Source: a virus
Taxonomy: Duplodnaviria; Caudoviricetes
Strand: one strand, 5' to 3'
DNA: 60,552 bases
Virus record (IMG/VR): IMGVR_UViG_3300048548_000571
Location: 1 to 60,552 of that record
The notes beneath the pieces are model-generated. The model was not told the origin of the DNA. It did not search any database and worked only from the letters and a program-made list of their open reading frames with translations. Positions 19,576 through 30,898 of this stretch are shown here, piece by piece. A program made the translations under genes and the position numbers. Every line of letters begins with the position of its first letter. Positions within the stretch are counted from its first letter, which is position 1.

Positions 19576-22500
19576 TCAAACCTCTGCGATATACCAACCG
19601 ACCTTACCACCAGGAACTGCTGTTTGACCAGTTGGTGTAGAAGATCCAGCAAAGATCAGCGTAAATGCTGCATATGGAGTCTGAACAATCAGTTCACCAC
19701 CATCATATCCATCACCAACCAAATTTCCAGAATTAGAAACACCACTCATTAGCGCAGTTCCAGTATTGTCAGTACCACCCTGAACATTAACGTCAGAAGG
19801 TGCTCTAACGATCATACTCATGTTATATGTAAGGAGTCCACCTATATCTATAATGCGAATCATATCGCCAATTAGACAATCACCTAGTGGTGGTAGTTTG
19901 ACAACAGTATTTTGACTTGCGTTGACAAAATAGTTAACATTTGGTTCTGTTTGAACAGTTTGTTCTGCAGTATACTCCCACTTACGACCACCAGTTCTGG
20001 TGATGTAGTTCTCAATACTAGCGATTGTCATGCCGCCTCGTTCATCAACTGCGAAGATCTCATCACCACTAGAGTTGACCGTTAGATCACCACCATTGAT
20101 GGTAATGTCTCCCGTAACAGTAATGTCGCCGCCGAATGTTGCGGTTCCATCGCCAACTGCAGATAATGTACCAGTAACTGTGAGGTCACCAGTAGAATTT
20201 TCAAACGTCAGTTTCTCGGTAGTTCCATCTTCACCGAAGACCTTAATGTCACCACCGTTGATTGTTAGATCACCAGTTGCAGTATCAACTTCCAGAGTAG
20301 TTCTTTCTGTGATACTGGTAGAACCGCCGTTGGTTAGTCTGAAGAACTCAACGCCCTCGACAGTAGCACCTCTGACCTTCAGAGTATTGTTAACAGTAAG
20401 AGTGCCAGCAATAGTTGTATTACCATTTGTACCCTCAACAACAAACTTATCAAATCCCTGTCCGACACTCAATCTTCCATTGAGTTTGGTATTACCTGTA
20501 GTAGAATCTACTCTGAATACCTCGGTTGCAGGAGTGCCACCATCAGTAACACGCAGTGACTGAATATCTGTGGAGATAAGTTCAGCGACTTTAACGATTT
20601 CAATGTTATCTAGAATCAGATAATCGTTGGTGGTTAGAGTTCCACCGAATTCTGCAACACCAATTCTGATGTCAGCAGTAGAAACACCAGCACTCGTGTT
20701 ACCTGTGTCTAGTTCACCATTGTTGTCTAGATCAAATCCAGTGATGTAAGATGCGTTAGCAGACTTATCAAGTTTAGCGATGATGCTCTCATCGGGGTGA
20801 TCTGCTCTAGTAGCAGTACCATCAACACCTCTCTTAACACCTAGTCTATAACCAAGAGTATCAGTTGGGTCGGTGACGTTGATCAGAGCAGTAACTTGGA
20901 CAATCTCCGAGTATTGCTGATCTGCTGCAACAGTAGCACCATTTGAATCAACAGAATCAACTGCTTGTGGATGTCCTCTATCGATGAGAAGAAGATCACC
21001 GATCTTAAAGTCATCAGGTGCAGGTGCTGTGATTGGTAAGTAGTAGAGTTCACCAGAAGCATTGACTTGGTTAACTCTGAAGGTTAGATCCTGACCACCA
21101 GCAGCACCACCAAGTTGATCGGAGGTGATAGTTAGAGGATCGTTATCAGAATATCCAGAACCAGGAGCGACTAGACTGATAGTTACATCACCAGAACCAT
21201 CGATCTCAACGTTAAACAGTGCTCCAGTACCGTTGCCAGTAGTGGTTGCTTGGAGGTTATCATACAGTACGTTTGCAACCCAGTCAGAGCTGTTTGTTGG
21301 ACTGATGCTATCAACAGCAGCAATCTGACCACCTGCTAGTAGGAATGTATCGCTACCCCATGGTGCAACACCACCAGTATCGATCTTCTTACCAGTCTCA
21401 TAATACTTGAGGAAGGTGATGTTAGGATCTTCCAGAGATCCAACCTGATGATCTCCAGTAGAGGTAGAGAATCTTGCTCTGTTGATCTTAATAATACCTG
21501 CATTCAAACCACCAGAAAGTGTGATAGTACCATCAGAAGTGGTGCTACCTTGTACCTTCAGGGAGTTTCTAACAGTAGTGAAACCACCCAGACCAGCGAT
21601 ATCAACTGATGCTGCGTTAGCACCAATGTTAACAGAAGTTGTTGCTGCGCCATCAAAGAGGTTAGCTTCTGCTGCTAGAGTGAAGATACGAGCAGTAGAT
21701 GAACCAGCGAAAGCAGCGATTTCTAGTGTTCCAGCAACCTTGGTTTGATATGTACCAATGTAAGTAGATGTTGCCAGGTTAGGAGCACCACCACCAATGT
21801 TGATAGAACAGTTAGATGTAATTGCGTCTTCGACAGATGCAATGTCAACAAAAGCACTCTTGGAACGCTTGTGAATCTCTAGTGTAGTAGATCCAGCGTT
21901 ACCACCAATTCTCAATGTATGAGAAGCAGTGTCTGCTACGTTCATACCAACACTGATCGACTGATCAGATTGAGTGGTGTTACCGAGCGACAGAGATTCA
22001 GCAGCACCTAGACCAATGAAGAAGTCAACATTAGTATTGAGGAACTGGAATGTTTCTGCAGTAGAGTTCAGATCTCCACCGTCGATGCTCAAGTCATCTT
22101 CGATTAGAGTATTGCCAGTGATTCTAGCATCACCATAGACTACGAAGTTTCTATCAAGTTCTCTCTCGGCAAGACCACCGATGGAAGTGTTAATACCAAA
22201 TCTACCACCAGTCTGATAAGTAGAAGTGACAGAAGCAGGATCAGAAGTCGAAATACGAACAGTTGCAATAGCATCAGGATCGTCGCTTTCACCACCAACC
22301 AAGAATGCATTGTCTACTGTAAAGTAGGTCTTTGCATTAGATGCTTCAGCAAAGTAGTTGTTTACATCTACCAGACCAGTATTGTCATATGTGACCAGAG
22401 TCTTACCACTGATGAATGCAGTACCAACAACGTCTAGGTTAGCACGAGGATCGGTGTCTACACTGACATTAGCAACATTGGTTGCTTCTTTAGCAGAACG

Positions 22501-25500
22501 TCCAATCGTGTTGATGCCAAGTCTGAAGTCACCGAATGTATCAGTGTCAGTTCTCAATGCTTCAGCACCGATTACACCAAGTTCCTTCCATCTGGATAGA
22601 GAGATCTCGATCTTCGCACCAGGACCTTCTGCCGACCAATCGTAGACGTTCTGTGCAATCTGGTTGAACAGTTGAACCTTACAAGTGGATGCAAGTGGAT
22701 CGAATGCAGAAGCTAGAACCTTCCAAGATCCATTGAAGAATGTGTTAGAGAAGTTAGAGATGCGTAGGGTTTCTCCTACTTTGACATTCAACTGCTGGTT
22801 GCTAACACCCGCACCCCACTGAATTTCAATGGTTGTTGTGTTGTCAGAAGTTAGCGAGAAGATAGAAGCATCAGGAATCTCGGTGAAGAAGTTGGTGTAA
22901 ATCCAACCCAGAGAACCACTTCTGTTTACTTCCAGACCCTTGTACAGGATATCACCAGCAGTAGGTGTGATAGAAGAACCATAGGTAACATTCTGTGCTG
23001 TGTACCATGCAGTGCCACCAGCAGCAAGTAATCCTGTGTTATTTGGAGTGATGTTGGAGGGGAATCCACCTGCAACATGAGTTCTCCAAGTATAAGATTG
23101 ACCAGGAGTCTCTACAGTACCGCGTGGGTTAAATCTGTAGACCGCAGCGTTGATGCTGTTCTTGGTGAGAACAATGTCACCATCCAATCTGTTTCTGAAA
23201 GCTGTTCTATCCTGCGTAGGATCGTCTCCAGACTGCGTTAGAGACAGGATACGAAGTGAATCACCATCCAGAGGGTCAACGTTGATCTGAACGGGATTGT
23301 TCAGGAAGGTCTCACCTTCAATCGTTACCTTATCATTGAAGGTAACTGCGTTATCGAAGGTAGTAACCAGTGCTCCGATGCTATCGCTATCGTCTCCACT
23401 GTCTTCTAGTGCTGCCTGCTCAAGGAACGTCTCTTCGCCTGTAATAGCGTTGATCTTACGGTTACCGATATAGAGGTCACCGTTGGAGTTTAGACCCGTG
23501 TAGAAGACGATACCGCCGTCTTCACGCTTCGCTTGTGCATAGAAGTCTTGCTTATCAGATAGAACGACTTCCTGACGGAGTGGGAAACCAGTTGAGTAGT
23601 TACCAGGACCGAAACCAAGGTACTCAAACGTGTGGTTACCAGATCTTGCAATCGAAGGACGACGCAGTTCTGTATAGTATCTACTCTGTAGAGGATATAC
23701 AGAGTCACCAGAGATAGGAATCTGTCTGTTCTCGGAACCTACAGATGCGTTACCTTCTTGTGCTCGAATTCTGTTATCAATTACTTTAGCATTGACATCA
23801 GCAGTTGAATTTGTAAACTGGAAGTTTGCAAATGGTCTGGTTGCAAGCATGTCTGTAACTGCTTCCTTCGTCTCACTGTACTTGTAATCGTTAAGAGTAA
23901 CAAGACCGTGGACATAGTTGTCAGCAGCAGCAACAGATGCTGGAGGATCAAGTTTCGTAAGATCTCTGTTTCCACTATCATCGATCTGGAACCACAGTGG
24001 GTCGTTCTTGTAATCCAGAGGATACAGATTAGAGATAGGTTGAGAGAACTTGTAGTAATGGAAGTTAGTTCCAACACCAGCACCCAGAGGATATGGAGAG
24101 ATGTTACCACGAACTGCTGTCAAGTAGTAAACACCTTCCTGCTGGAGAGGAATCTGCTCTTGAATAGTCTCCACATCAAAGATGTAGAAGGTATCATCAA
24201 TATCAGGTACATCCTCGACCGCAGAAATTGTGTAGGTATCACCACCAGGAGTGGTAACTTTATCACCAGGTACTACAGTGTAGACATTAGCACCTTCAAT
24301 TCTGTAGAGATAGTTCTTTCTCTCGGAGCGACTGATTTGTGTTGGCCACGCATCTTTCTGACCGTTGAGATCAAAGAACGTGCCATTGTTTTGTACAAAG
24401 GTGGTAGGATTGCTAGCGTCGAAATCTAACTTACCAGTGATGTTCTTCAGGATAATAAATGCAGTCAAGTCTGCTTGATAGTATCCATGAACAAATCCAG
24501 ATCCAGAGCAATTACCAGTCCAACTAACGTAGTTGGCGTCATCGCTATTGTAGATGCTGGTTTGAATACCTGCACCCTGTGGAGATCCAATCTCAACAAT
24601 AGTGAAGATCTCATTCTTCAGTTGCTGGTTGATGATCGTATGATCGAAAACAGTCAGTTCTAGTCTGTCTTCATCAGCGAAATTAGATCCAACTCTTGCC
24701 GACTGAATTGTAACTGCAATCTTGGATTCAAACTCGATCTGTAGAGGATTCTCGTATGGATCGTAGAAGTTTCCACTGATGTCAACACCAGCAGCGTTAA
24801 GAGTCGCCAGAGATTGACCTAGTTTCTCGGCAGGTCTTGCAGGGTTCTCAAACTGTGCAATAGTAGGTGCGCCATTACTGAATGGTTCCAGAATGAATCT
24901 CTGGGGTTTCAGTCTTCTTCTGTCATCAGTTCTTGTCTTAATGACATAACCATTGAGAGGTTCGCGAACTGTCGATAGATACTTGGGAATGACATAACGT
25001 AGACGATAGATTCTGTCCAGAGGTGTACGCTCATCCTCAATTCTCTCGAAGAATGTATCGGGAGTGAAGAGATTACCAGTGCCATCTAGGAAGTCAGCAG
25101 CATGGAATCTGGTAAGGATTGCATCAGGATCTAAACCACCTGAAGACTCATCCTTAACGTTAATGTACCATCTGTTGAACGAAACTGGATCATATCTCAA
25201 TGGCGATGTCTTCTTGTTACCGTAGACAACAAAGTCACTACCACTACCAGAAGTAAAGATTACTGCATTTGTGCCTGCTTGAGCATCTGCCTGACTAGTG
25301 TGAACACTGAACTTATTAGGCGTCTCAAATCTTGGGTAGTAGTATACGTTCGTTGGAACTGTCGATGCACCAGCAATAGTTGGTAGCTGGGAACTTGCGT
25401 CACCAGATGTTGCGAAGAAAATCTGTTGTGCAGGAACGTTAGGAATGGGTACATCGAAGATGTGAGGAACATCAGTTTCGATGTAAATTCCAGAAACATT

Positions 25501-28500
25501 ACAGACATAACGATGTAGATCATACTGATCATCGAGAACATACTGCTGAACCAGAATCTCAACTTGAGGATCTACTGCTTCTGTTTCAGAAGAATAGATG
25601 TAAATACCTGCCGAAGCATTCTCTTTGGTTGCTGCCAGCATCAATTTAGTGCCTGCAGTGTTGTCAAACTCACTGGTGCCATTGAATACACCAGGAGCTG
25701 TCAATCTGCCAGGAGCGATCACATAGTATGTTCTGTTAGTTTCAAATCCTCTTGGTAGTCTGACAAGACGCTTATCAACCTGATCATTAAGTGCTCTTGG
25801 GACTAGTCTGACAGGAGTGCCAGTTTGTAGTCCATGAGGGTCAGTTTGACCATTACCAGTATCAATAGTGAATACTGTCGCTCTACCAATAAGTTGAGCA
25901 GAATCAATGATTGGTTCAACTCTAGTTACCTGATTTCCGTTGCCATTGAGAATTAGATTGACAACATCATACAGGTTCTGAATAGCAGTGGTGATGTTAT
26001 TACACTCTGGATAATCTGTATCCTGGGTGATGTCTTCATCAACTACACGCTGCGATGAAGAATAACGGTTGACGTTTTCAAAGTAGAACCATGCAGTAGT
26101 GCTATCACCACCAGCATTAAATGGTTGGTCGGTATTAACGTCCTTAATAGTGATCGTTGTAGCATTAACAATCTGATCAATAATTACAGGAGAGTTGGAA
26201 TCTAGTAGAGTTCCAAGGCGAGTGGAACCCTCATCCAACTTACCATTGGTAAAGTCGGTTTGACTGTAGTGACTGACATTCATGCCAGGTACAAGACCAG
26301 AAGTATCACCAACAGTTACGGTTGCAGATCCATTAACAGTGGTACAATTCTTGATCAGTAGATTGAAGTTACGGATAGCACCGAACGACAATCTTCTCAA
26401 GTGATCATATGCCAGTAGTGTTTCAGTTAATTCTCCATCGACATACGATACGTTACCGCCAGAGATGTAAGATTCTGCAGCATAGATTGTATTGATGTTA
26501 CCGCCGACACGAAGGTCTTTAACAACAGCATCAATAATGAATCCCATGTCTCTTTCACACTTGGTGATAGTCAGGGAAGAATTGGTCAGCAGAGCAGGAT
26601 ACAGCGTAGTGATGTATCCATAAGTTTCTTCTGCTAGATATGATCTGTTCTTCTCGATGAGATTAGCAGCATCATATGCCATGTTAAAGTCATCGTTACC
26701 ATCACCATCTAGGTCAAAGTTGATGTTGAGACTAGGAGGTGTAAGACTAGACAGCGATGACTTATAAGTCTTGACACCAGATGGTTCTAGAGTTGCATGA
26801 TAAGTGTTCTTACCACCTGCGCCACTGCCAGGTAGTTTAACATAGAGTCTGTCATCTTGCTTGGCACCTAGTCTGTAACCACCGATGGATGCAGCAGGTC
26901 TAGAAGATGGATCTTGATTGGTATCACCTGCGAGATATAGTTTGTTGTGGTTTGCTTGATCATTAGATGCTTCAATATCAAGGGTGTAATACTGTAGAGT
27001 AGAAGTTCCTTCTGCAGCAGTGTTAACAACCTTGGGAGGAATGATAGCATCAATGTAACCACCCTTGTCCTGGTTGAATGCAAATCCTTTGAATCCAACA
27101 GAGTGAAGTGAGGTGTTACCGAAGTTAGAGTTCGAGTTGGTGATAGACATGTCACCACCACTTTCCATCAGGAAGTGATCGTGGAAACCAACAGCGAAGA
27201 CCGAGACGCACTGGATGAAGGAGTCATCAGAAGCACGAATGTGGAAGTTTCTCCACTCATCCTTCCAATATGCATCACCCTTGGCGTGGTAAGGAACAGT
27301 TGCAAATGCATCAGTTAGTGATGCTTGGTTCCAAGTGTTAGTAAATCTGTCGTAGCGGATGAATGCACGGTCGTCTTTCTGTAGCGAAACACCCGTGTAC
27401 TGTGCAACAACCATCGATTTGAATCCAGTTGCCTTGGATCCATCTGCCCACATACCACACTGACCCCAGGTGGAACGAATGGAGCAGTTAAAGACATAAG
27501 GAGATGCAGACTCAACGGAGTCAATCTCTGCCTGAATGACTGCATTGGTGCCAAGACCATTAGCAGTGGTGTAAGTGATACCAGAAACCAGTCCTAGACC
27601 AGCAGCGGTGATAGGAATGATGTAGGTGAATACCTTTGGATTGTTATCATCAATGGTATCAACCTTGAATGTTCCGTTGACTTCATCAGATAGTCCACTG
27701 TTGATAACAGCGATGTACTGACCTTTGAAGTAACCGTGTTCAATCTTGGTAGTGACAGTAAATCTAGCAGTAGAAGTGCCAGGAATGTCAACAACTTCAA
27801 TACTTTCAACCGTTCTGGTATCAGATAGAGGACCAACAATTCTGGTCTCTTGTACCAGTGCTTCTAGTTCACCATCATCAATGGTAGGTTGGAACTGTGC
27901 AAATGCTCTACCAACTTTCTCATAGAAACGATCTAGTTCTTCATTACCTGCATAGGTCATGATGCAGATCTTATGGTGAGAATACTCGGGAATCTTCAGA
28001 TCCGTAGAGTTCTTCTTGTAGTAAACCTTACCTACCTTGTCTGCTTGATCATATAGTGGGGAGTTCTCGGAGAGGTCACCATCCTTGATAGTGAACTGCC
28101 ACAGGTAACAACCACCAGTCAGTTTGAAGATACCAGTTCTCTCTTGATCGCCATCTACAGGATCGGGAACATACAGAGGTCTGACAATGGTGCGACGGAG
28201 GTCATAACCGATCAGAGAACAACCTCTGGGAACGATACAACCGCCCTCGGTAGAGTTGAACTTGTAAAGTACGTTGTCGGGGTTGCCTAGGTCAAGGATG
28301 CTGTCATCCTGCCACTCCTGAAGTGCTCTGTTGTAATCAAATACAGGAACAACACCAGTAACCTGAACCGATGCAAGAACAGAAAGACTACCAGCATTGA
28401 TAACGTCCGTCAGGATCGCTACAAGGGTCTGGATGCTCGTCTGAACGTCAATACATGCACCAGGGTTACCAGACTCGTCATACTCGATGTCAGGGGTGTT

Positions 28501-30657
28501 AGCGCCTGCAATAGCAGGACCAGGGGAGATAGTCAGATCCTTATCATATAAGGAGTTCGTGACTGCCAGTTTCATCATGTCACGCGCTTTGTTGTAAGCG
28601 GTGATGCTTTCTGCCTCTTCGCCTACAATACCATCAGCAATTGGATTTCCATCTCTATCAAAGTAAGTCTTTGCAACAGAGATGATGTTGCTGTTACCAC
28701 CATTTCTGATGTCAGCAAGTACACCATCAACAATGAATCCGATGTCACGCTTACACTTCTGCTCACCAGCAGTTTCGTGATCAGTAACAGTTTCAGCAGG
28801 AAGTTGAGAGAGATTGCCGTCAGTTAGAACAGTCTCGACAATAGCTGCAAGGTTGCCCAGCATGCTAGCAACATCAGCACATAGAGGAGTACCGTTAGGA
28901 TCAGCAGTAATTGTAGAATCTTTGGTGAATAGTTCATTTCTGAATGCCGAGATCATCAGGTCTCTTGCCTTATTGAAGGCAGCAATAGACTCCGACTGCT
29001 CACTTTCTAGAGATCCAGTAATAAACTGTGTACCTGCCTCATTGAAGTATGTCTTCAGATACTTACGGGTATATCTGTTACCACCAGCAAGTGCAACGTC
29101 AAGGGAGAGAGCATCGATGTACTCACCAAGGTCACGCTTACACTCGATTTCATTTGCACTAGCAAAGGATCCTAGAGTTTCTGCAGGTAGTTGAGATAGA
29201 TTGCCATCATTGATGACAGTCGTCAAAATTGCAGTTAGAGTTGTGATAGCAGACTGTACGTTAGCACAACCACCACCGTCAACTGTAATCGTAGAATCCT
29301 GAACCAGAAGAATATTCTGGACAGCAGAAATCATCAGATCACGCGCTTTATTGAAAGCAGTGATACTTTGTGCCTCTTCTCCTACGAGTCCGTTAGAAAT
29401 TGGGGATCCGTTAACAAAATATGTGCCAGCATGACGGCGAACGTACTCGTTACCACCACTAATGAGATCGAGCCCAAGATAGTCAACAAATAAACCCAGG
29501 TCACGTTTGCATTTTGCTTCATTTGTAAGATCAGAACCAGTTGTTTCTACGGGAATTCCCGATGGGTCAGCAGCATTAAATGCATCAGTAACGATCTGTG
29601 TAAGAGTCGTGATTGCAGACTCTACGTTAGCACATGCGTTGGGGTCAATTGTGATAGTAGAATCAGTGATCGTCAACTGATTCTTCATTGCTTGGATCAT
29701 CAGATCCCTAGCAGCATTATATGCATCGACGGTAGCAGCTGCTTCACTAATGATGTAAGAGAATACACCACCTTGGAAATATTTCAGGGTGAACTTACGG
29801 GTATACTCATTACCACCTTTTACAAGGTCAATACCAATGTAATCAACTAGAAGACCGATGTCACGCTTACACTTTGCCTCATCAGCAGGATCAGCGGCAT
29901 TAGCACCTGCTTGCATGGTTGTCCATGCAGTGTCAATGATCTCCTGTCTGTTCTGCTGAATCAGACGATATGCATCCTTAAATCTGTATACAGGATCGTC
30001 TGCAGGGTCACCAGGGAAGAAGAAATCAGGGTGTGCTACAGCGATCTCTGCTGCTGCTCTATCAACAATCTCTTGCTTGTTCTGCTGGATTAGACGATAT
30101 CCATCTTTAAATCTGTACTCTGCTTCGGATGTACCGTTGCCACCAGGATAGAAGAAGTCGGGAAACTCTACTGCAATATGTGCAGCAGATTTATCTACAA
30201 TTTCCTTACGATTCAACTGTACTAGACGATATGCGTCAGCATATCGAGACCCATCATCAGTTTGGTTGTCACCAGGATGGAAGAAATCAGGGTGTTGTAC
30301 GAAAATTTCTGCAGCAGCACGATCAACGATCAACTGCTTATTTGCTTCAATCAGGTTGCCAGAGTCAAAATATCTAGATTCTGGGTTAGCAGTGTCTACA
30401 AGACCAGGGCGGTTATCAATAAAGTGGTTACCAGGCATCAGCATAATGCTGAACTGGTCAAACCTGTCATTATCCTTACCAGGCAAGTAAGAATAACGTG
30501 CTACTTCAATAAAAGCACGTTGAATAGTTTTAAACGGACGGAGAGGTGAATTGCCTCGGTTGTCTAACTCGTCTGTCGCGTTAAAGTCATCTGGTGATAC
30601 GTATAGATACTTACCTGTTTTACTTGAGTAAAGGTTATCAAGTCTTGTAAGAGGCAT
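19576..30657 (-). CDS. Giant virion structural / tail fibre-like protein (3693 aa)
   Basis: MPLTRLDN..LYVSP.D..ATD..GNSPLRPFKTIQRA N-terminus typical of cyanomyophage giant structural proteins; internal repeats; late promoter upstream. Confidence 0.8.
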   Translation of the reverse strand: MPLTRLDNLYSSKTGKYLYVSPDDFNATDELDNRGNSPLRPFKTIQRAFIEVARYSYLPGKDNDRFDQFSIMLMPGNHFIDNRPGLVDTANPESRYFDSGNLIEANKQLIVDRAAAEIFVQHPDFFHPGDNQTDDGSRYADAYRLVQLNRKEIVDKSAAHIAVEFPDFFYPGGNGTSEAEYRFKDGYRLIQQNKQEIVDRAAAEIAVAHPDFFFPGDPADDPVYRFKDAYRLIQQNRQEIIDTAWTTMQAGANAADPADEAKCKRDIGLLVDYIGIDLVKGGNEYTRKFTLKYFQGGVFSYIISEAAATVDAYNAARDLMIQAMKNQLTITDSTITIDPNACANVESAITTLTQIVTDAFNAADPSGIPVETTGSDLTNEAKCKRDLGLFVDYLGLDLISGGNEYVRRHAGTYFVNGSPISNGLVGEEAQSITAFNKARDLMISAVQNILLVQDSTITVDGGGCANVQSAITTLTAILTTVINDGNLSQLPAETLGSFASANEIECKRDLGEYIDALSLDVALAGGNRYTRKYLKTYFNEAGTQFITGSLESEQSESIAAFNKARDLMISAFRNELFTKDSTITADPNGTPLCADVASMLGNLAAIVETVLTDGNLSQLPAETVTDHETAGEQKCKRDIGFIVDGVLADIRNGGNSNIISVAKTYFDRDGNPIADGIVGEEAESITAYNKARDMMKLAVTNSLYDKDLTISPGPAIAGANTPDIEYDESGNPGACIDVQTSIQTLVAILTDVINAGSLSVLASVQVTGVVPVFDYNRALQEWQDDSILDLGNPDNVLYKFNSTEGGCIVPRGCSLIGYDLRRTIVRPLYVPDPVDGDQERTGIFKLTGGCYLWQFTIKDGDLSENSPLYDQADKVGKVYYKKNSTDLKIPEYSHHKICIMTYAGNEELDRFYEKVGRAFAQFQPTIDDGELEALVQETRIVGPLSDTRTVESIEVVDIPGTSTARFTVTTKIEHGYFKGQYIAVINSGLSDEVNGTFKVDTIDDNNPKVFTYIIPITAAGLGLVSGITYTTANGLGTNAVIQAEIDSVESASPYVFNCSIRSTWGQCGMWADGSKATGFKSMVVAQYTGVSLQKDDRAFIRYDRFTNTWNQASLTDAFATVPYHAKGDAYWKDEWRNFHIRASDDSFIQCVSVFAVGFHDHFLMESGGDMSITNSNSNFGNTSLHSVGFKGFAFNQDKGGYIDAIIPPKVVNTAAEGTSTLQYYTLDIEASNDQANHNKLYLAGDTNQDPSSRPAASIGGYRLGAKQDDRLYVKLPGSGAGGKNTYHATLEPSGVKTYKSSLSSLTPPSLNINFDLDGDGNDDFNMAYDAANLIEKNRSYLAEETYGYITTLYPALLTNSSLTITKCERDMGFIIDAVVKDLRVGGNINTIYAAESYISGGNVSYVDGELTETLLAYDHLRRLSFGAIRNFNLLIKNCTTVNGSATVTVGDTSGLVPGMNVSHYSQTDFTNGKLDEGSTRLGTLLDSNSPVIIDQIVNATTITIKDVNTDQPFNAGGDSTTAWFYFENVNRYSSSQRVVDEDITQDTDYPECNNITTAIQNLYDVVNLILNGNGNQVTRVEPIIDSAQLIGRATVFTIDTGNGQTDPHGLQTGTPVRLVPRALNDQVDKRLVRLPRGFETNRTYYVIAPGRLTAPGVFNGTSEFDNTAGTKLMLAATKENASAGIYIYSSETEAVDPQVEILVQQYVLDDQYDLHRYVCNVSGIYIETDVPHIFDVPIPNVPAQQIFFATSGDASSQLPTIAGASTVPTNVYYYPRFETPNKFSVHTSQADAQAGTNAVIFTSGSGSDFVVYGNKKTSPLRYDPVSFNRWYINVKDESSGGLDPDAILTRFHAADFLDGTGNLFTPDTFFERIEDERTPLDRIYRLRYVIPKYLSTVREPLNGYVIKTRTDDRRRLKPQRFILEPFSNGAPTIAQFENPARPAEKLGQSLATLNAAGVDISGNFYDPYENPLQIEFESKIAVTIQSARVGSNFADEDRLELTVFDHTIINQQLKNEIFTIVEIGSPQGAGIQTSIYNSDDANYVSWTGNCSGSGFVHGYYQADLTAFIILKNITGKLDFDASNPTTFVQNNGTFFDLNGQKDAWPTQISRSERKNYLYRIEGANVYTVVPGDKVTTPGGDTYTISAVEDVPDIDDTFYIFDVETIQEQIPLQQEGVYYLTAVRGNISPYPLGAGVGTNFHYYKFSQPISNLYPLDYKNDPLWFQIDDSGNRDLTKLDPPASVAAADNYVHGLVTLNDYKYSETKEAVTDMLATRPFANFQFTNSTADVNAKVIDNRIRAQEGNASVGSENRQIPISGDSVYPLQSRYYTELRRPSIARSGNHTFEYLGFGPGNYSTGFPLRQEVVLSDKQDFYAQAKREDGGIVFYTGLNSNGDLYIGNRKINAITGEETFLEQAALEDSGDDSDSIGALVTTFDNAVTFNDKVTIEGETFLNNPVQINVDPLDGDSLRILSLTQSGDDPTQDRTAFRNRLDGDIVLTKNSINAAVYRFNPRGTVETPGQSYTWRTHVAGGFPSNITPNNTGLLAAGGTAWYTAQNVTYGSSITPTAGDILYKGLEVNRSGSLGWIYTNFFTEIPDASIFSLTSDNTTTIEIQWGAGVSNQQLNVKVGETLRISNFSNTFFNGSWKVLASAFDPLASTCKVQLFNQIAQNVYDWSAEGPGAKIEISLSRWKELGVIGAEALRTDTDTFGDFRLGINTIGRSAKEATNVANVSVDTDPRANLDVVGTAFISGKTLVTYDNTGLVDVNNYFAEASNAKTYFTVDNAFLVGGESDDPDAIATVRISTSDPASVTSTYQTGGRFGINTSIGGLAERELDRNFVVYGDARITGNTLIEDDLSIDGGDLNSTAETFQFLNTNVDFFIGLGAAESLSLGNTTQSDQSISVGMNVADTASHTLRIGGNAGSTTLEIHKRSKSAFVDIASVEDAITSNCSINIGGGAPNLATSTYIGTYQTKVAGTLEIAAFAGSSTARIFTLAAEANLFDGAATTSVNIGANAASVDIAGLGGFTTVRNSLKVQGSTTSDGTITLSGGLNAGIIKINRARFSTSTGDHQVGSLEDPNITFLKYYETGKKIDTGGVAPWGSDTFLLAGGQIAAVDSISPTNSSDWVANVLYDNLQATTTGNGTGALFNVEIDGSGDVTISLVAPGSGYSDNDPLTITSDQLGGAAGGQDLTFRVNQVNASGELYYLPITAPAPDDFKIGDLLLIDRGHPQAVDSVDSNGATVAADQQYSEIVQVTALINVTDPTDTLGYRLGVKRGVDGTATRADHPDESIIAKLDKSANASYITGFDLDNNGELDTGNTSAGVSTADIRIGVAEFGGTLTTNDYLILDNIEIVKVAELISTDIQSLRVTDGGTPATEVFRVDSTTGNTKLNGRLSVGQGFDKFVVEGTNGNTTIAGTLTVNNTLKVRGATVEGVEFFRLTNGGSTSITERTTLEVDTATGDLTINGGDIKVFGEDGTTEKLTFENSTGDLTVTGTLSAVGDGTATFGGDITVTGDITINGGDLTVNSSGDEIFAVDERGGMTIASIENYITRTGGRKWEYTAEQTVQTEPNVNYFVNASQNTVVKLPPLGDCLIGDMIRIIDIGGLLTYNMSMIVRAPSDVNVQGGTDNTGTALMSGVSNSGNLVGDGYDGGELIVQTPYAAFTLIFAGSSTPTGQTAVPGGKVGWYIAEV

Positions 30658-30696
30658 AATTAACCCAATCCTGCTGGACTATAATTTCTTCTGGAT

Positions 30697-30704
30697 TATT
30701 TATA
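30697..30704 (-). promoter_or_regulatory. T4-type late promoter
   Basis: Exact TATAAATA 40 nt upstream of the giant gene. Confidence 0.8.
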
Positions 30705-30705
30705 C

Positions 30706-30734
30706 AATAAAACCTCCCCTTGTGAGGGAGGTTT
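30706..30734 (-). terminator. Rho-independent terminator after the tRNA cluster
   Basis: AAACCTCCCT-CACAA-GGGGAGGTTT followed by TATT. Confidence 0.75.
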
Positions 30735-30773
30735 CAAGCACACGGAAGGGGTTTGGTTTGGCAGTATCGCCAA

Positions 30774-30847
30774 CTCCTCCACCTGGAATCGAACCAGGAA
30801 CCTATTGATTAACAGTCAACCGCTCTGCCTGATTGAGCTATAGAGGA
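30774..30847 (-). tRNA. trnN: tRNA-Asn(GTT)
   Basis: TCCTCTA TAGCTCAATCAGGCAGAGC GGTTGACT GTT AATCAA..GGTTCGATTCC..GGAGGAG cloverleaf; CCA not encoded. Confidence 0.93.
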
Positions 30848-30898
30848 ATGGGAGGGGGCGCTGTTTCTAAAATACAGATCTTTTGTACTCCCCCAAAG

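Noticed and set aside
19576-30657. Many short plus-strand ORFs within the giant gene
   Set aside because: Antisense artefacts of codon bias; no start signals or motifs
30748-30758. ggggtttggtt shared with 54311-54321
   Set aside because: Only 11 bp, low complexity and on the same strand; chance cannot be excluded
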